DNA from: the human T2T-CHM13v2.0 reference genome, Homo sapiens
Reading direction: 5' to 3' (one strand)
NCBI RefSeq assembly: GCF_009914755.1
Contig: NC_060939.1
DNA: 64,000 bases
Shown: positions 25,351-46,199 of the stretch, one piece after another
Position numbering within the stretch: the stretch's first letter is position 1
Layout of the letters: every line of letters starts with the position of its first letter
Position numbers and translations under genes: made by a program
The notes under the pieces: generated by a model
The model's input: the letters and a program-made list of their open reading frames with translations, nothing else
Told to the model about the DNA's origin: nothing
Databases searched by the model: none

Positions 25351-27671
25351 GAAGGCGCATCACGGACACCTGGAGGCGGCTGTGGCTCCTGCCGCCTGGG
25401 TGCGCTTCTTGTGCTGGTTGAGCGTGCTCCTGACGCCAGCGTGTAGGCTTCCTTCCATCCTATTGCTAAATCCTCCTTGAGCAATCGATGCCATCCCCCT
25501 GACTTTTCCGGAGAAACCCCTCGGTGGCTTTGCTCTCCATACGGAAATCGCGTGCCATTTCTGTTGTCACTGATTTCTCCAGACATGTTGAACACGGGCT
25601 CCTGTCCCTCCCAGCACCACACCTGCTGCCTTCCCCACACACCCAGATGGGATGAGGTCAGCTGCTCTGGGAGCAACACAAGAGCCCAACCTGCCCAGGC
25701 TGCAGCTTCCCCCGCACAACTGCACCCAGCGCCAGGCTGGGGTGGTGTCCATGCAGAGGCGGCAGCTGCTGTGGGGAGCCAGGCAGGCCGGGGTCTAAAG
25801 TGTGGCCCAGCCACTGACTAGTAGAGTGGTAGGGGTCAAGCAGCCTCACCCAGTGAGCCTCAGTTGATTCCTGTGTAAAGTGGAGCCAGGGACACCCAGC
25901 CCCTGGCTTTGATCAGGTGCCTTTGTTACTTTACCTTTTGTCTCTCTTGCCTCGCACCCTTTTGGCATCCTGTGATGGCAGGAGATTCCCATGTTGCTAA
26001 GCAGGCTTCAGTCACAGGGATCTCCCCTCAGTTCCCCGCCAATCTCTGGAAACTCCCTCTCCTGCTTTTCCTTCTGAGAATCTCCAGAGTCAGTTCCTGC
26101 AAGGCTCTGCCAACCTCCAAGCATGCCCCAGGGCTGGGATGAGAGGGAATGGGGAGGTAAGAGGCCCTGTGCAGGTGGGTGGGCCGCCCATCTCTCTGCC
26201 CCTGCTACTTCCCCTGCAGCAGTTTGGGGTCCCACCAAGGGGCTGCACACTGCACCTTGCCTTCTTGCTCACTGGCATCGGATGCACCGGAAGGAAGCAA
26301 GCTCAGCACTGCCCACGTGCTGTGCCTTTGTGTAGATTACAGAAGGTGCCCCCCTGGGCAGCAGCAACCCCTGGCATGGTGTGGCAAAAGTGGCATGAGC
26401 TGGATTTCAGGTCCAATTTGCCTCCTAGCTGGGCACATTTGGCCCAATGCAACTACACAACTGAACGGAACAGCCCTGAAGACCATCGCCATTCAATCAT
26501 CACCCAAAGAAACCATTTCTAGCAAGGGAAACAGCAGCTCACTGCAAAGCCTGATTCTGCAGTGTCTCTTCCCAAGCCCTGCATCTGGAGCATGAACTGG
26601 GGGGAGGTGATGCCCATGGGATTCATCCCTGTGTTTCCTCTCTGACACACAGAGAGTGGGGTCCTGCACAGGATGGGGGCTCAGAAGCAACAGGCTGAGC
26701 CAGTGCTTACACTGTGGCTCTGTCTTTACTGTGTGGGCTTTCTGGGTGATCGTGCCTTTCTCCGCTCTGCGAACAGTCAAGTTAGCATCCCTTAGCAGAC
26801 ACACAGGACCTAGAAGACTGTGTGGGCAGATGCAGCAATATTGAGGCAGAGGCCCCCAGGCAGGCTCCTGGATGCCTCAGGTAGAGTTCCAGAATGAAAT
26901 GCCTATGAATGTGTCTCCCAGGACAGCACAGGGTTTTATTCTCGGCTTCCCCTTGAAATCTGAACTCTTCTCTTCCTGTTGCCCTCCACTGTCTTGGCTA
27001 TGATGCCCTGCCCATTCATTGATTCTGCCAGCAAGCATCGAGCACCTACTATATGTGCTTGGAGGAGCTCACCACAGGGGAAGGGGAGTTAGAGAGGGAG
27101 CCACCTTTCCAACTGACATAGGCAGAAAGGAGTTTAGGAAAGACGGCTTTCTGGAAGAAATACAGCCTCCACTTGGCAAATGGCTGCTGTGCACCAGGCC
27201 TCATAACAGGAGGGCCGCAGAGCTCAGCAAAGGGAATCTTTGCAATTGGCCTGTGCTGCCGCCTGTCCATGCCCAGAATAGCAGGGAACCAGCCCTTGTG
27301 GATGGAATGGAATCAGACGGGTTGATTCCAGAACTTGTGCCTTTCCCAACACCTCTCCCCACTCTCTGTCCACCCGCCCCCTACCCTGCCACTCACCATG
27401 TTGTGGTTTTGTTACCTCCGGCTGTTACCCGCCCAGTGGGGTATTAGTTGGGCCAGGAACACCTGCCCTCAGTGTGTGCCCTCAGTGTCTGCCCTCCTGC
27501 CCTCCTCACAGGAGCCCGTGCTCTTACCCTCCCCCTGTGCCAGGAGGGCATGACCCCTCACCTCCCAGCGCCCTCACTCCTCGCTGAGAGGGGCAAGTCT
27601 ACGCAGGAGGGGGATGGGCTTGCCCTCCCACATCTCAGGCTCCAGCGGGCAAGGGCACAAGAATAGTGTAG

Positions 27672-28027
<356 letters not shown>

Positions 28028-28754
28028 CTACTGTGGGCGGACGACTTCCTACACTGTGTGGGTTGTGATTTTCTCAACATCTCCATGAGGGAAGAGTGGC
28101 TGTCTATGTTCTACAGATGAAGAAACTGAGAAGCAAGACAGGGATGGGACGCCCCTGCCTCACATCACCGGGTGGCCCGGAGCCACATCACACTGCATCC
28201 TTGAACTTCACACCATGTGCCGCTTTCTCTGTGCCTCCTCCCCGCATCCAACCACCCTGGATGTGAAGGAAGATCAGGATCCTGAGGGACCAGGGTGCTT
28301 CTGACAGAGGCACCCCACGATGTCCTGACCATCCTTCCATGCCTTGGAGGACAACGTTTGGAGCCAGCCAGCTGGTGACAGGAACAGGCCTACTAATATC
28401 TTTGCACTTCCATTTCCTCATCTGCAAAGTGCAGGTAACTGCACCCAAGTGCCGGAAGATCTGGATGGAGAGACCTCAGCCAGCGGAGTGAGGTGTGCAG
28501 CACACACATAAGCTGTCCAGAAGCAGTAGGTAGAGGAGCATGAAACGCACTCTCTGCTGTCAGGCAAGTGTTTTTCACAGCAAGAGCTCCCTGGCATGTT
28601 CCTTTTATGTGGGCCCCCATCCTAAATCATCCCTCCCTTCATGTGGCTCAAGCCACAGGCATTTGGCAACTTCCTTTGCCTCGTGACCATAGATGTTACC
28701 TCTCGTATCATGTACCAGTTAAAACTTCCCTGGGTCCCCTTATAAAATGAACTT

Positions 28755-29183
28755 CCTATGTTCATATTCACAGTAGCATTATTTACAAGATGAAAACAAC
28801 CTAAATGTCCAACAATGAATGAATAAGCAACATGTGGTATATACATACAATGAAATATTATTCCACCTTCAAAAGATTCTGACACGTGTTGCAACATGGT
28901 AAGCCCTTGAGGACATTACGCTCAATCATAAGCCAGTCACGAAGGACCAATGCTGCGCGATTCCATTTATGCGAGGTGCCTGGAGTCATCAGATTCATAG
29001 AGACAGAAAGTAGAATGGTGCTTGCCAGGGGCTGAGGGGAAGAGGGAATGTGGAGTTAGTGTTTAATGAGTACAGAATTTCAGTTTGGGAAGATGGAAAG
29101 AGTTCTGGAGGCGGATGGCAGTGATGGCTGCACAGTAATGTGAGTGTGCAGAGTGCCACTCAACTGTCCACTTTAAAATGGGT
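28755..29183 (+). mobile_element. L1MB 3' UTR fragment
   Basis: attcatagagacagaaagtagaatggtg...gtttaatgagtacagaatttcagtttggga...agttctggag. Confidence 0.9.
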
Positions 29184-30840
<1,657 letters not shown>

Positions 30841-30859
30841 TTTAAACTGCAAATAATTT

Positions 30860-31615
30860 CTACAGAAAAAAAAATAGCTCCAAATTTCTAAATTTTAAAG
30901 ATTAAAGAAGCTCAGTAAACTCCAAGAAGTACAAATACAAAGAAAACCAAGCCAGGGCACATCAGAGTCAAACTTCTGAAAACAAGTTTTTTATAGAAAG
31001 AATCTCAAAAGAAGCCAGAAAAAAAATACATATGGGTGAAAAACATTTGAGTTATCACTGACTTCTCATCAGAAACAATGGAGATGAGAAGTTATTTAAA
31101 AGCTTTGAAACAAAAAAACCATTAACTCAGAAGTTTATATACGGTGAAAATATCTTTCAAGAATAAAGATGAAATAAAAACATGCTTAGGTAAAAAGAAA
31201 ATTAAGAGAATTTGTAGCCAGCAAACTTCAGTATAAGAAATGCTTAAAGAGGTTCCTCAGGCTGAAGGGAAATGATACTAAACAGAAAACTGGATCTTTA
31301 GGAAGGGAAGAATAACATAAGAAATAGTATATTTCTGGGTAAATATACTATTTCTCTTTTAATTTTTAAAAATATATAAAACTGTCAAAGGAAAAACAGA
31401 ACAATGCCTTGAGAGGTAACATATGTAGAGGTAACACATATGATTACTATAGCATAAAAAACAGAGGAATGGGAAATGGTCCTATATGGCTGCAAGGTTT
31501 CTACACTTTAGGTAAATGGTGCAATATTAATAGGAAGTAAACTGTGGAGGGTTAGGAGTGTTATCCCCAAGACAAACATCTAAAAATGCAATGGTATAGT
31601 TAAAACCAATAGATA
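30860..31615 (+). mobile_element. Old L1M ORF1 3' part and inter-ORF region
   Basis: aagaagctcagtaaactccaa...gacttctcatcagaaacaatggag...tatctttcaagaataaagatgaaataaa. Confidence 0.8.
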
Positions 31616-31616
31616 T

Positions 31617-32800
31617 CCCTTGTGGCTGGTTTCACTGGCTGGCACTGAGTGCCTAAGGCTTTTCCAAGTGCATGGTGCAAGCTATCAGTGGATCTACCAT
31701 TCTGGGGTTTGAAGGACGGTGGCCCTCTTCTCACAGCTCCACTAGGCAGTGCCTCAGTGGGGACTCTGTGTTGGGACTCCAACCCCACATTTCCCCTCTG
31801 CATTTCCCTAGTAGAGGTTCCCCATGAGGGTTCTGCCCCTGCAGCAGACTTCTGCCTGGACAATCAGGTGTTTCCATACATCTTCTGAAATCTAGGCAGA
31901 GGCACCCAAAGCTCAACTCTTGTTTTCTGTGCACCTGCAGGCCCAACACCATGTAGAAGGCTCAAAGGCTTGGGGCTTGCACACTCGGAAGCAATGGCCT
32001 GACCTGTACTGTGGCCCCTTTTAGCTACAGCTGGAGCTGAAGCAGCTGGGACACAGGGCACCAAGTCCCTATGTTGCACAAAGCAGCTGGGCCCTGGGCC
32101 TGGCCCATGAAACCATTTTTCCCTCCTAGACCTCTGGACCTGTGATGGGAGGGGCTGCCTTGAAGATCTCTGAAATGCCCTAGAGACATTTTCCTTATTG
32201 TCTTGGCAATTAACATTCAGTTCCTCATTATTCATGAAAATTTCTGCAGCTAACTTGAAGTTCTCCCCAGAAAACGGGTTTTTCTTTTCTATCACATGGT
32301 CAGGCTGCAAATTTTCTAAACTTTTATTCTTTGCTTCCCCTTTAAACATAAGCTCCAATTTCAAACCATCTCTTTGTGAGCTCATATACCTGCACACTTC
32401 CAGGAAAAGCCCGTCACCTCTTGAATGCTTTGCTGCTTAGAAATTTCTTCTGCCAGATACCCTAAATCAACTCTCTCAAGTTCAAATTTCCACAGATCTC
32501 TAGGGCAGGGACAAAATGCCTCCAGTCTCTTTGCTAAAGCATATCAAGAGTGACATTTGCTCCAGTTCCCAATAAGTTCCTCATCTCCATCTGAGACCAC
32601 CTCAGCCTGGAATTTATTGTCCATATCACTATTAGCATTTTGGTCAAAACCATTCAACAAGTCTGTCCCAAACTTTCCCACATCTTCCTGTCTTCTGAGC
32701 CTTCCAAACTGTTCCAACCTCTGCCCATTACCAAGTTCCAAAGTCACTTCCACATTTTCAGGGATCTTTATAGCAGTACCCCATTCCTGGTACCAAAATC
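31617..32800 (-). mobile_element. MaLR internal sequence (MST-int/THE1-int type), 3'-truncated
   Basis: gtggatctaccattctgggg...ccctcttctcacagctccactaggcagtgcc...catctccatctgagaccacctcagcctgg; track ORFs 31864-32397 and 32544-32753 are MaLR-int remnant peptides. Confidence 0.93.
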
Positions 32801-33346
32801 TGTATTAGGGATCTCCAGAGGGACAGAACTAATAGGATATATGTATATATGAAAGGGAGTTTATTAAGGAAAATTAACTCACATGATCACCAAGACGAAG
32901 TCCCACTTGCTGTCTGCAACCTGAGGAGCAAGGAAGCCAGTAGTGGCTCAATCTGAGTCCCAAAGCCTCAGAAGTAGGGAAGCTGACAGTGCCACCTTCA
33001 ATCTGTGGCTGAAGGCCCAAGAGCCCCTGGCAAACCACTGGCATAAGTCCAAGAGGCCAAAGAACTCAGAGTCTGATGTTCAAGGGCAGGAGGCATCCAG
33101 CACGGGAGAAAGACGAAAGCCTGACAACTCAGCAAGCCAGTTTATTTCACCTTCTTCTGCCTGCTTTTTCTAGTTGCACTGGCAGCTGATGGAAAGGTAC
33201 CCACCCACATTGACAGTGAGTGTTCCTTTCCCAGTCCACTGACTCAAATGTTAACTTCCTCTGGCAACATCCTTACCGACACACCCAGAAACAATACTTT
33301 GCATCCTTCAATCAAATCAAGTTGACACTTAATATTAACCATCACA
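32801..33346 (-). mobile_element. MLT2A (A2-like) ERVL LTR
   Basis: tgtattag...ctccagagggacagaactaataggata...cccagtccactgactcaaatgttaa...caagttgacacttaatattaaccatcaca with TG...CA ends. Confidence 0.92.
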
Positions 33347-38440
<5,094 letters not shown>

Positions 38441-41400
38441 TTCCAGGTGAATGCTGGCAGAGAAGGGACAGAGGGATTGGATCTGGAAGGAGATGTGGGA
38501 GCAAGATCAGTTTTTGTTTTTTATTTTTTTTTGTGTGTTGTTATTTTTAATGAGGAGAGGCTGTAGTGCAAAAAAGCCCCTGGGAAAGCGCAGAAGGGTC
38601 GTCTCTGGGGTAAGTTCCTGAAGAACTTTGGACTCTAAAGCAGAGGAGAAGAAGTGGAGGGATGTGGGAAAGGGTGGGCGAGTGTGCATACCTGGCCCAG
38701 GAAAAGGAGAGCATTTCTGTCTTTTTGCTCACCACTGTTCCATGTAAATTTCCCTTGTGTACTGCGACCATCTGCAGGGTAAGATGGATGGCTAGAAATC
38801 AGAGACTCCATAGGAGGGTAGGGAAGCAGGAACCAAAGAAGCCGAGGGGTGGTGTTTCGAGGTTTGTTGTTGTTTTCAGCAGGGAGGCGAAAACCAAGGG
38901 CCACATCCACGGCCTTTGTGTCTGTGAAGGTTAAACTGGGGCAGCTTATCAGCAGCTGCCTCTGGATGAGGACACCGGGGAGTCATTGGCTGGAAAATAA
39001 GCCAAAAATGCTGCCAACAGAAGTCACCGTGTGGTCCATCAAACGTCCACCAGAATGAATGCATGGCAGCGTGTGCAGTGCAGCTCCACTCGCCTGGAGG
39101 TCCAGGTGAGGTGCACCCAGGGAGGGAAGGTGCCTTGGTAGGTTTGGTAGAACGTGAGGTGAGACCTGCAAAGTGTGACTCCATGGAAGATCTAAGGTCT
39201 TAACTAGCCCTGCTTGTGCCTCTGCCCTGGAATAAGCTTCATTTTCTTTGACAAGAAACCCAGGCATCCTTGCATTTTATCTTGTCATGATCGCTGTCGG
39301 CAGATATAAAAAGCCTCCCCCAGGGAAGCGGCTTCGTACCTGTGAGGGGAACGGCCCAGGTGTGCGTGTGTCTCCTGCCACCCCCTTGCTCGGTGTTGGG
39401 TGTCTGCTGGTGCATACCTGTCCACAGCCTGCCTGAAACAAGCATGGCTCTGCAGCCTGGGGAATAATAACACAAGGGTGAGTCCTCTCTGCTTTCAGGT
39501 GCCTGGACCTTGGGGGCGCCCACCCCCCCCGGGGGTAAGGGCTGTAAACATTGTTGGGCCATTCAGCCGGAAACCTGGGAGCAGGGCTCTGACAGGGCTC
39601 CAGGTGCCCCAGGTCCCTGTGGATGAAGATCAGACGGGGATCCCTTCCCCACGACACACAATCCCCCAGGCTTGTTTTCAGCCAGACAATCAGCCACTGT
39701 CCCCGCCCGATGGGCCGCTCAGCTGCCTGCCCAGGCCCATGCCAGCAGTGGAGCTGGAATCTGGGTGCCTTTCCCAGCTTTGCCGTCTGCTGGGCTCAAT
39801 TAGGGAGGGTGGTCTGGGCCTTGAGCGATGTCCTTGCGTGACTGGCCCCGCTGCCCTGGGCTCCTTCCACCACACATCAAAGGCAGCCAGGTTAGAACCC
39901 ACTTCCCTTCAGTCACAGGCACAAGTTAAACAGTCTCAGGTGTCCTCAGATGCCCTCTTCTGCAAGTGTTTATTTTTGTGTTTATCCCCACAAATAGATT
40001 CCAGCACTTCCCATGACGCCCAAATAAGGCAGAGCAAGCAATGTCATGTACTGAACAACAACCAAGTAAAAAACAAAACAGCATCAAGGAAATAACTTAC
40101 CTTTGAAGCCAACACCATGTGCACAGCTACAACAAGCCAGTCTCTGAACAGTGTGCTTTGAGCTGAATGGAAAGGTTCTTTTGTAGCCAGCACAGCTTGC
40201 GGTTGCAGCGAGCCATGCCTCTTTCTCTTGTGGTACTGTCATTTAATCATGGTGAAGCCTAGAGGCCATTTTGCCTGGGGTGGGAAGCAATAGATCAAAG
40301 GGATTTCAGCAGTCCAGGACATCCTCTGAATCCTCACTTGTATCTGGAAACAAACCCAAGAGAACAGGACAGGATGGTGGAATGGAATGTTGGCCTTGGG
40401 GTTAGAATAAGCCATCGCCAGCTGCGCTCAGGCTGGGCTTGCGGATGCCATGTAGGTACACACAGTGGCCCTAGCACCAATCCTGGGTATGGCCTGCTGG
40501 GGAGCACCTGTCAAGTGTGGCTGTCCCTGAACAGTGAGGCCAGAATCTCCCTGTCACCCGCACAAGCACGGAAGCAGGACAGCGCTCTCAAGGACCTGGC
40601 CACTCTCACTCCCTTGCCTACCACAAAAAAGGCCTATCGATTTCAGTAGGCAGTTCCCATCCTTGAGTTTAAGCCATTTAGGGCCATTTCTCCTAAGCAA
40701 TTCCTAGAGCAGAGCTTTAAAAATACCTGCTGTGGTCTTCCTTAGGCTAACCACATGTGCAGGAGGGCTTGTGAGCTTGCAGCTTCCTGTGGCCTTCATG
40801 GTGTGGCCAGGGGACTTGTTTGTTCACTCTGGGTCACCAGGAGCTGAAGACACCCAGAGGTCACTAAGAGCCCCCAGGGCCAAGAGGCTTGCTTCCGCCA
40901 CAGTGGGAGTTTATGAAGGACGTCAATTATTCAAGCTCCACTTATTCGGAGGCAGTGGGTCTTCTATGAATACAGACATTATGTTTATTTATAGGGACGG
41001 TAAACCAACCTGGAAAGTTCATCCTCTGGCTCTGGATGAGCTCGGGATATCAGGAAGGAAGGTATTGCTTCCTGTCAACTATTTAAACTCAAGTCCAACC
41101 AACCAGGGTTCTATGAATAAACACACAGGGACCTGTTAAACCGTAACTATGAGCTAAAGTGAGTTTATTCCTCCCCCGGCCGGTTATCAGATGTTCACTT
41201 CATGGTCTGTGGGGGACGTGGTAAACAGCCACCGGGGAGTTTCCTGCTCTTTTAATTGGAGGGGTTCTTGAAGCAGATGTCCAACGTGTAAGGAGACGTG
41301 GATGACAGCTCTGGGGCCTCTTGCTGTTGAAGCTGGAAGAACGGAGAAGGTCCAGTAGACTAGTGCAGTAGATAATCACTCCAGGGCCAACCCATGAGGT

Positions 41401-44217
41401 CTCAAATCTCCTACCTGAGCTGGCACCTTCCTTAGTTAACTACCTTTGGCATAATATGAAGAAATGTCAAATGCTGTGCATTGTTTTCAAGCCAGATTCC
41501 AACAATGCTTAGAAAGGTTCTTCGGAAGAAAGCTTTTCTCAGCCTTTTTTCTGAATTTTGCTTTCCAGAGCCTGACGCAAGGGCGAAAATTTCTTTATTT
41601 TCCCTCATTCCCACCCGTGCTTGTCAGGGCCAACACTGTACACTGGCTCACTTTGGGGAACTCTGGAAAACATACATCCTAACCCTTGTCTGAAAATAAC
41701 TGGCAGCAAGGCTATAGGTAAAAGCGGAGCTTCTGTATTTTAGTTTTGAGATTTGATCGTTTTTCCATGGGAGTTGGTATGTTTTACAAGTAAACACACA
41801 CAGAAACCCATGCAGAAGGAGGGGCATAGGGAGAGAGAGACAACTGACTACTTTTGACTGTGGCTTTGGGGCCTGAAGGGAAAAAACCCTACCCTTGATT
41901 TTTTGGAATTACACCAACCAAAATGAGGACCTACACTTAACTAATGTAACAAAGGGAGATATTTAGGAAAGAAAAAAAACATTTAATCAAAACTTAGTCA
42001 CAGCAGCCTATAATGTAATATGATTTCCAGAGGCTCTTTGCTTTAAAAAATGAGGAAATTCAGAGTACACATTAAAAATAAAGTTTTTCTTTAAAAAGGG
42101 TTAATCCATTGTGCTTTTTTTTCAATTGAATGTCACCTCATTCTATAAGATTATTTTTAAATACTAAAAAAATTACAGGTTTAAAGAAGACATAACAATC
42201 CTAAATGTGTATGTTCCTAACAACAGGGCTTCAAAATACATAAAGTAAAACCAAATAGAACTGAAAGGAGAAATAGACAAATATACAGTTACAGTTGTGG
42301 ATTTAAGCATTTCTCTCAGTAATCAAACAAATAGATGGAAAATCAGCAAGTATATAAAAGACATGAAGAACACCATCAACCAGCTCAACCTAATTGATAT
42401 GTGTAGATACTTCACCCAACAAAAGCAGAATACACATTCTTTTCAAGTACATATAGAACATTTACAAAATAAGATCATATTCTAATTTTTTTAAGTTAAA
42501 TTTAATTTTTTTTAAATTATTCAAGTATGGTTTATGGCCATAAAGGAATTAAACTAGAAATCAATATTAGAATAATGTCTGGAAAATCTTCAAATATTTG
42601 AAAATTAAATAATGTATTTCTAAATAATCCATAGGCCAACAAAGAAGTCTCAAGGGAAATTAAAAAATCTTTTGAAGTAAATAAAATGAAAATATAACAT
42701 ATAAAAATTTGTGGGATGGAGCTAAAGCAGTGTTTAGAGGAAAAGTTATGGTATATGAAATATATATTATAAAAGAAGAAAGGTCTCAAATCAATAATTT
42801 AAGCTTCCACTTCAATTAGCTAGAAAAAAGAGTAAAATAAACCTAAAGCTAGGAGGGCAGAAATAATAAAGATGAGAGCAGGAATCAACGACATTTAAGA
42901 GGTAAAAACAACAGATAAAATCAATAAAACCAAATTTGATTCTTTAAAAAAGTCAATAAAATTGATAAACCTATAGCCAGACTGACCAAGAAAAAAAGAT
43001 GAAAGAAACAAATTGCCGACATCAGGGGGAAAAAGAAGGTATTCCTGATTGTTGTTCATAGTATCTGACACCTTTTAAATACATCAGAAGGATAATAAAG
43101 GGATACTATGAACAACTCTATGCTCATAAATTTAATAATTTAGATGATGAGCCAATTTCTTAAAAGCCACAAACTACCAAAATTAAATCAAGAAGAAATA
43201 AACTGTGTAAATAGTCTTATATATTTTTTAAAATTTGAACTCGCCATTAAAAACAAAACCAAAAAGGCAAACTCCAAGCCAGATGGTTTCATTGTGAATT
43301 TGGCCACACATTCAAATGAAAAATAACAGTGATACTTAACAAACCCATCCAGAAAATAGAAAAGGAGAGAACACTTCTTAACTTCTTTAGTAGGCCAATG
43401 TTACTGTCATACCAAAACTGAACTAAGACAAGCACAAGAAAAGAAAACCACAGACCAATACTCCTATGACTATAGACCCAAAAGTCCTCAATAAAATATT
43501 AGCAAATTGGATACAGCAATATTTTTTAAAAATCCATCATAATGAAGTGGAATTTATCCTAAATAAGAATGACTCAATATTTGAAGGTAATGAATGTGAT
43601 TCACCACATTAATAGGCTGCATTAGTGAGTTATCCAGAGAAGCAGAACCAACAGAAATGGACAGAGGGAGAGGAAAAGGGAGAGGAAGGAGAGGGACGGG
43701 GAGAGGAGAGGGGGAGAGAGAGAGAGAAAGAGAGAGAAAGAGATTTCCTATGGGGAACTGATTTACATAAATTATGGAATGGAGGCTGGGAAATTCAAAT
43801 CTGTAGTGTGGGCCAGTAGGCTTGAGACCTAGAAGAGCCAATGGGGCAGATGAGATTTAAAGGCAGACTGCTGAAAAATTTTACCTTGCTGGGGAGACCA
43901 GTCTTTTTTTTTTTTCATGCAGGCCTTCAACTAATTCAATGAGACCCACCCATGTTATGGAGGGCAGTCTTCTTTACCAACAGTAAATTGTTTTAAATAA
44001 TCTCATCCAAAAACATCCTCAAAGTTGACACATAAAATGAACCGTCACAAGTTTACTTCTTGTCAACCTGGCATCTGAATGCATCTTCTTAGGATACAAT
44101 TGTCTTGCACACAACTGAAAATGCACTAACTTCTTCCCCAGAAAAGAAAGCAAAGTCATTGGATGTTTACTCCTTTCCCTGATATCCAGTAATTTAAATG
44201 CTATGATATAAAGTTAA

Positions 44218-45762
44218 TGATGGCAGCAGAGGCCCATCTGGAGCAGCTGCTGCCATCACTCTGGCTGCAACAGGGAGGCGTGGCCAGGGCTGCACACTCC
44301 GTGGAGCTGGCAGGAGCCAGGGACAAATGGGAACCCTGCCCCTTCTGAGTTGATGGAAAGGGAGCTCCCCAGGTGCAGCCGCAGCCACCCAAGTCATGGC
44401 TGCTGACCAGGGCCTCCTGCTTCATGGAGCAGGCAGAATCCCCACCCCACCAGGCAGAGCTGCAGCAACCCAAACCACAGTTGTGGACCCAGGCATCCCT
44501 GCACTCTTGGGGACTCCAGAAGTCTCCCCCTGCCCTTGCAGGCTTGGAAGTACCTTATCCTGCTGCCTGGCTTCTCCCTGTTGCCAGTGCCTGCACTGAT
44601 CTCAGAGAAAAGTCAGGGCCAAGCCCGGACACTATCACAGCCCAGCCAGGTGTGCACACACTCAGGGCAGTGCTGACACACCAGCCACCTGCTGCCTAGG
44701 CCCCCTCCAGACTTTGGGCACTGTTGAGCATAGGAGGGAAGCCAAGGGGGCACTGAGGGCAGCTTGATGCTGGCCTGCAGGTGCCCATTGGCACCTACAG
44801 CACGGGCACCATGAATGTAGCAGGAGACACACAGGTTCCTGAGTGGAAGGGGGTAGGTGCCCAGTAAGGACTCACCTTCTGCCCAGGGAGGGCCTGAAGG
44901 CTGCAGGCTGGGCTTCGAGTCCCACAGACCAGAATGGAAACTTGTGGTGTGTTTTCCAGGCCAGCCCATGGCTGCCTGTGGACCAATTGGTGTGCACTTC
45001 CTCCCCTCTGAGGCCCATAAATGCCCTGGGCTCAGCCACAGCTGAGCAGACATCAGGACAACTGGCTGCAGAGAGGAGCTACCCACTGCAGGGCCTCCTC
45101 TGAGCTATTTTGTCACTCAGTAAAGCTCTTCTTCACCTTGCTCACCCTCCACTTGTCTGCATACCTCATTCTTCCTGGACACAGGGCAAGAACTCAGGAC
45201 CTGCCACATGGCAGGACTGAAAAAGCTGTGACACAAACAGGGCTGAAACACACCCATTGCTTGCCACATTGTGGGTGAAGAGAAGGAGAGAAGAACTGTG
45301 GCCCTTCAGGGAGCCCAGACTTAGAAGCTCCCCAGGCCAGGGCTGTGACTCCCTCTCTGTGGCCTAGCAGCTCCTGGAGTCTCCAAGCTACCAGGTGCCA
45401 CCACATTCCCCGGTGGCAGCCATGTAAGCTGCTTGCAGTGCACCTGGTCCAACTGCAGCCTCACAGAGAGCAAGGGCCTGTGCTGACCCCTGGAGCTGCC
45501 TGCCCTGCTGCAGTGGCCAGCATGACTGATTGTGTGCAGTGACTGGATCCCATGCTTATTTGCTCATACACCCCTCACCACTTGACACCTGGCTCACCCT
45601 TGGCAGGTATGGGATCCAGGCTGGTAGTGTGAGCCAAGCACAGCCTGCCAGGCTGAGTGGGCTGAATGAGCCCAGTGGGCCTGAACAAAACTCAGCCAAA
45701 AAGGTGCCACCAGCCACAGAGATTTCCAGCCAGAAAAGCAGCACCCCACGGATCTTGTAACA
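44218..45762 (+). mobile_element. MER52-family ERV1 solo LTR nested in ERVL
   Basis: Starts tgatggcagcagaggcccatctggagcagc and ends gatcttgtaaca; perfect 4-bp TSD ttaa at 44214-44217 and 45763-45766. Confidence 0.9.
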
Positions 45763-46199
45763 TTAACAAACTTAAATACTGTGATCTGACATCAGTACAT
45801 CTTATGGTATATAATAATGAGATTAGAGAGGGAAGAAAACAAAGATATTTGGTACATACATGCATATATACACACACAAACATGTTCATCAAAAATATGG
45901 AAGAAACAGTCATCACAATTATAGTTCTCATTTCTATAACTGGTCACGTGATCATAGCTGGCAATTAAAACTACCTTCCACTACCCACTTCATGTTCCCT
46001 TTGCCTTCAGCAGGTACTTCAGCAAGTAGGAGTTCTTTATCGAGTGTGGTACCCAAACCTTCATTCCTGAGGTGTCTGGACTGTTAGTAGCCCTGCCTGG
46101 ATTGAGTTGTTCTAGTTTTTATTGACTTTGATCTCAAGGCTTGGTAATACTGAGATGCCCTAGGGGATCTCCTGTGCTCCAGACACATTCTTCTTTACC

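Noticed and set aside
39400-40095. 231-aa ORF, the longest outside repeats
   Set aside because: No known domain, a non-ATG start, and a composition typical of random GC-rich DNA.
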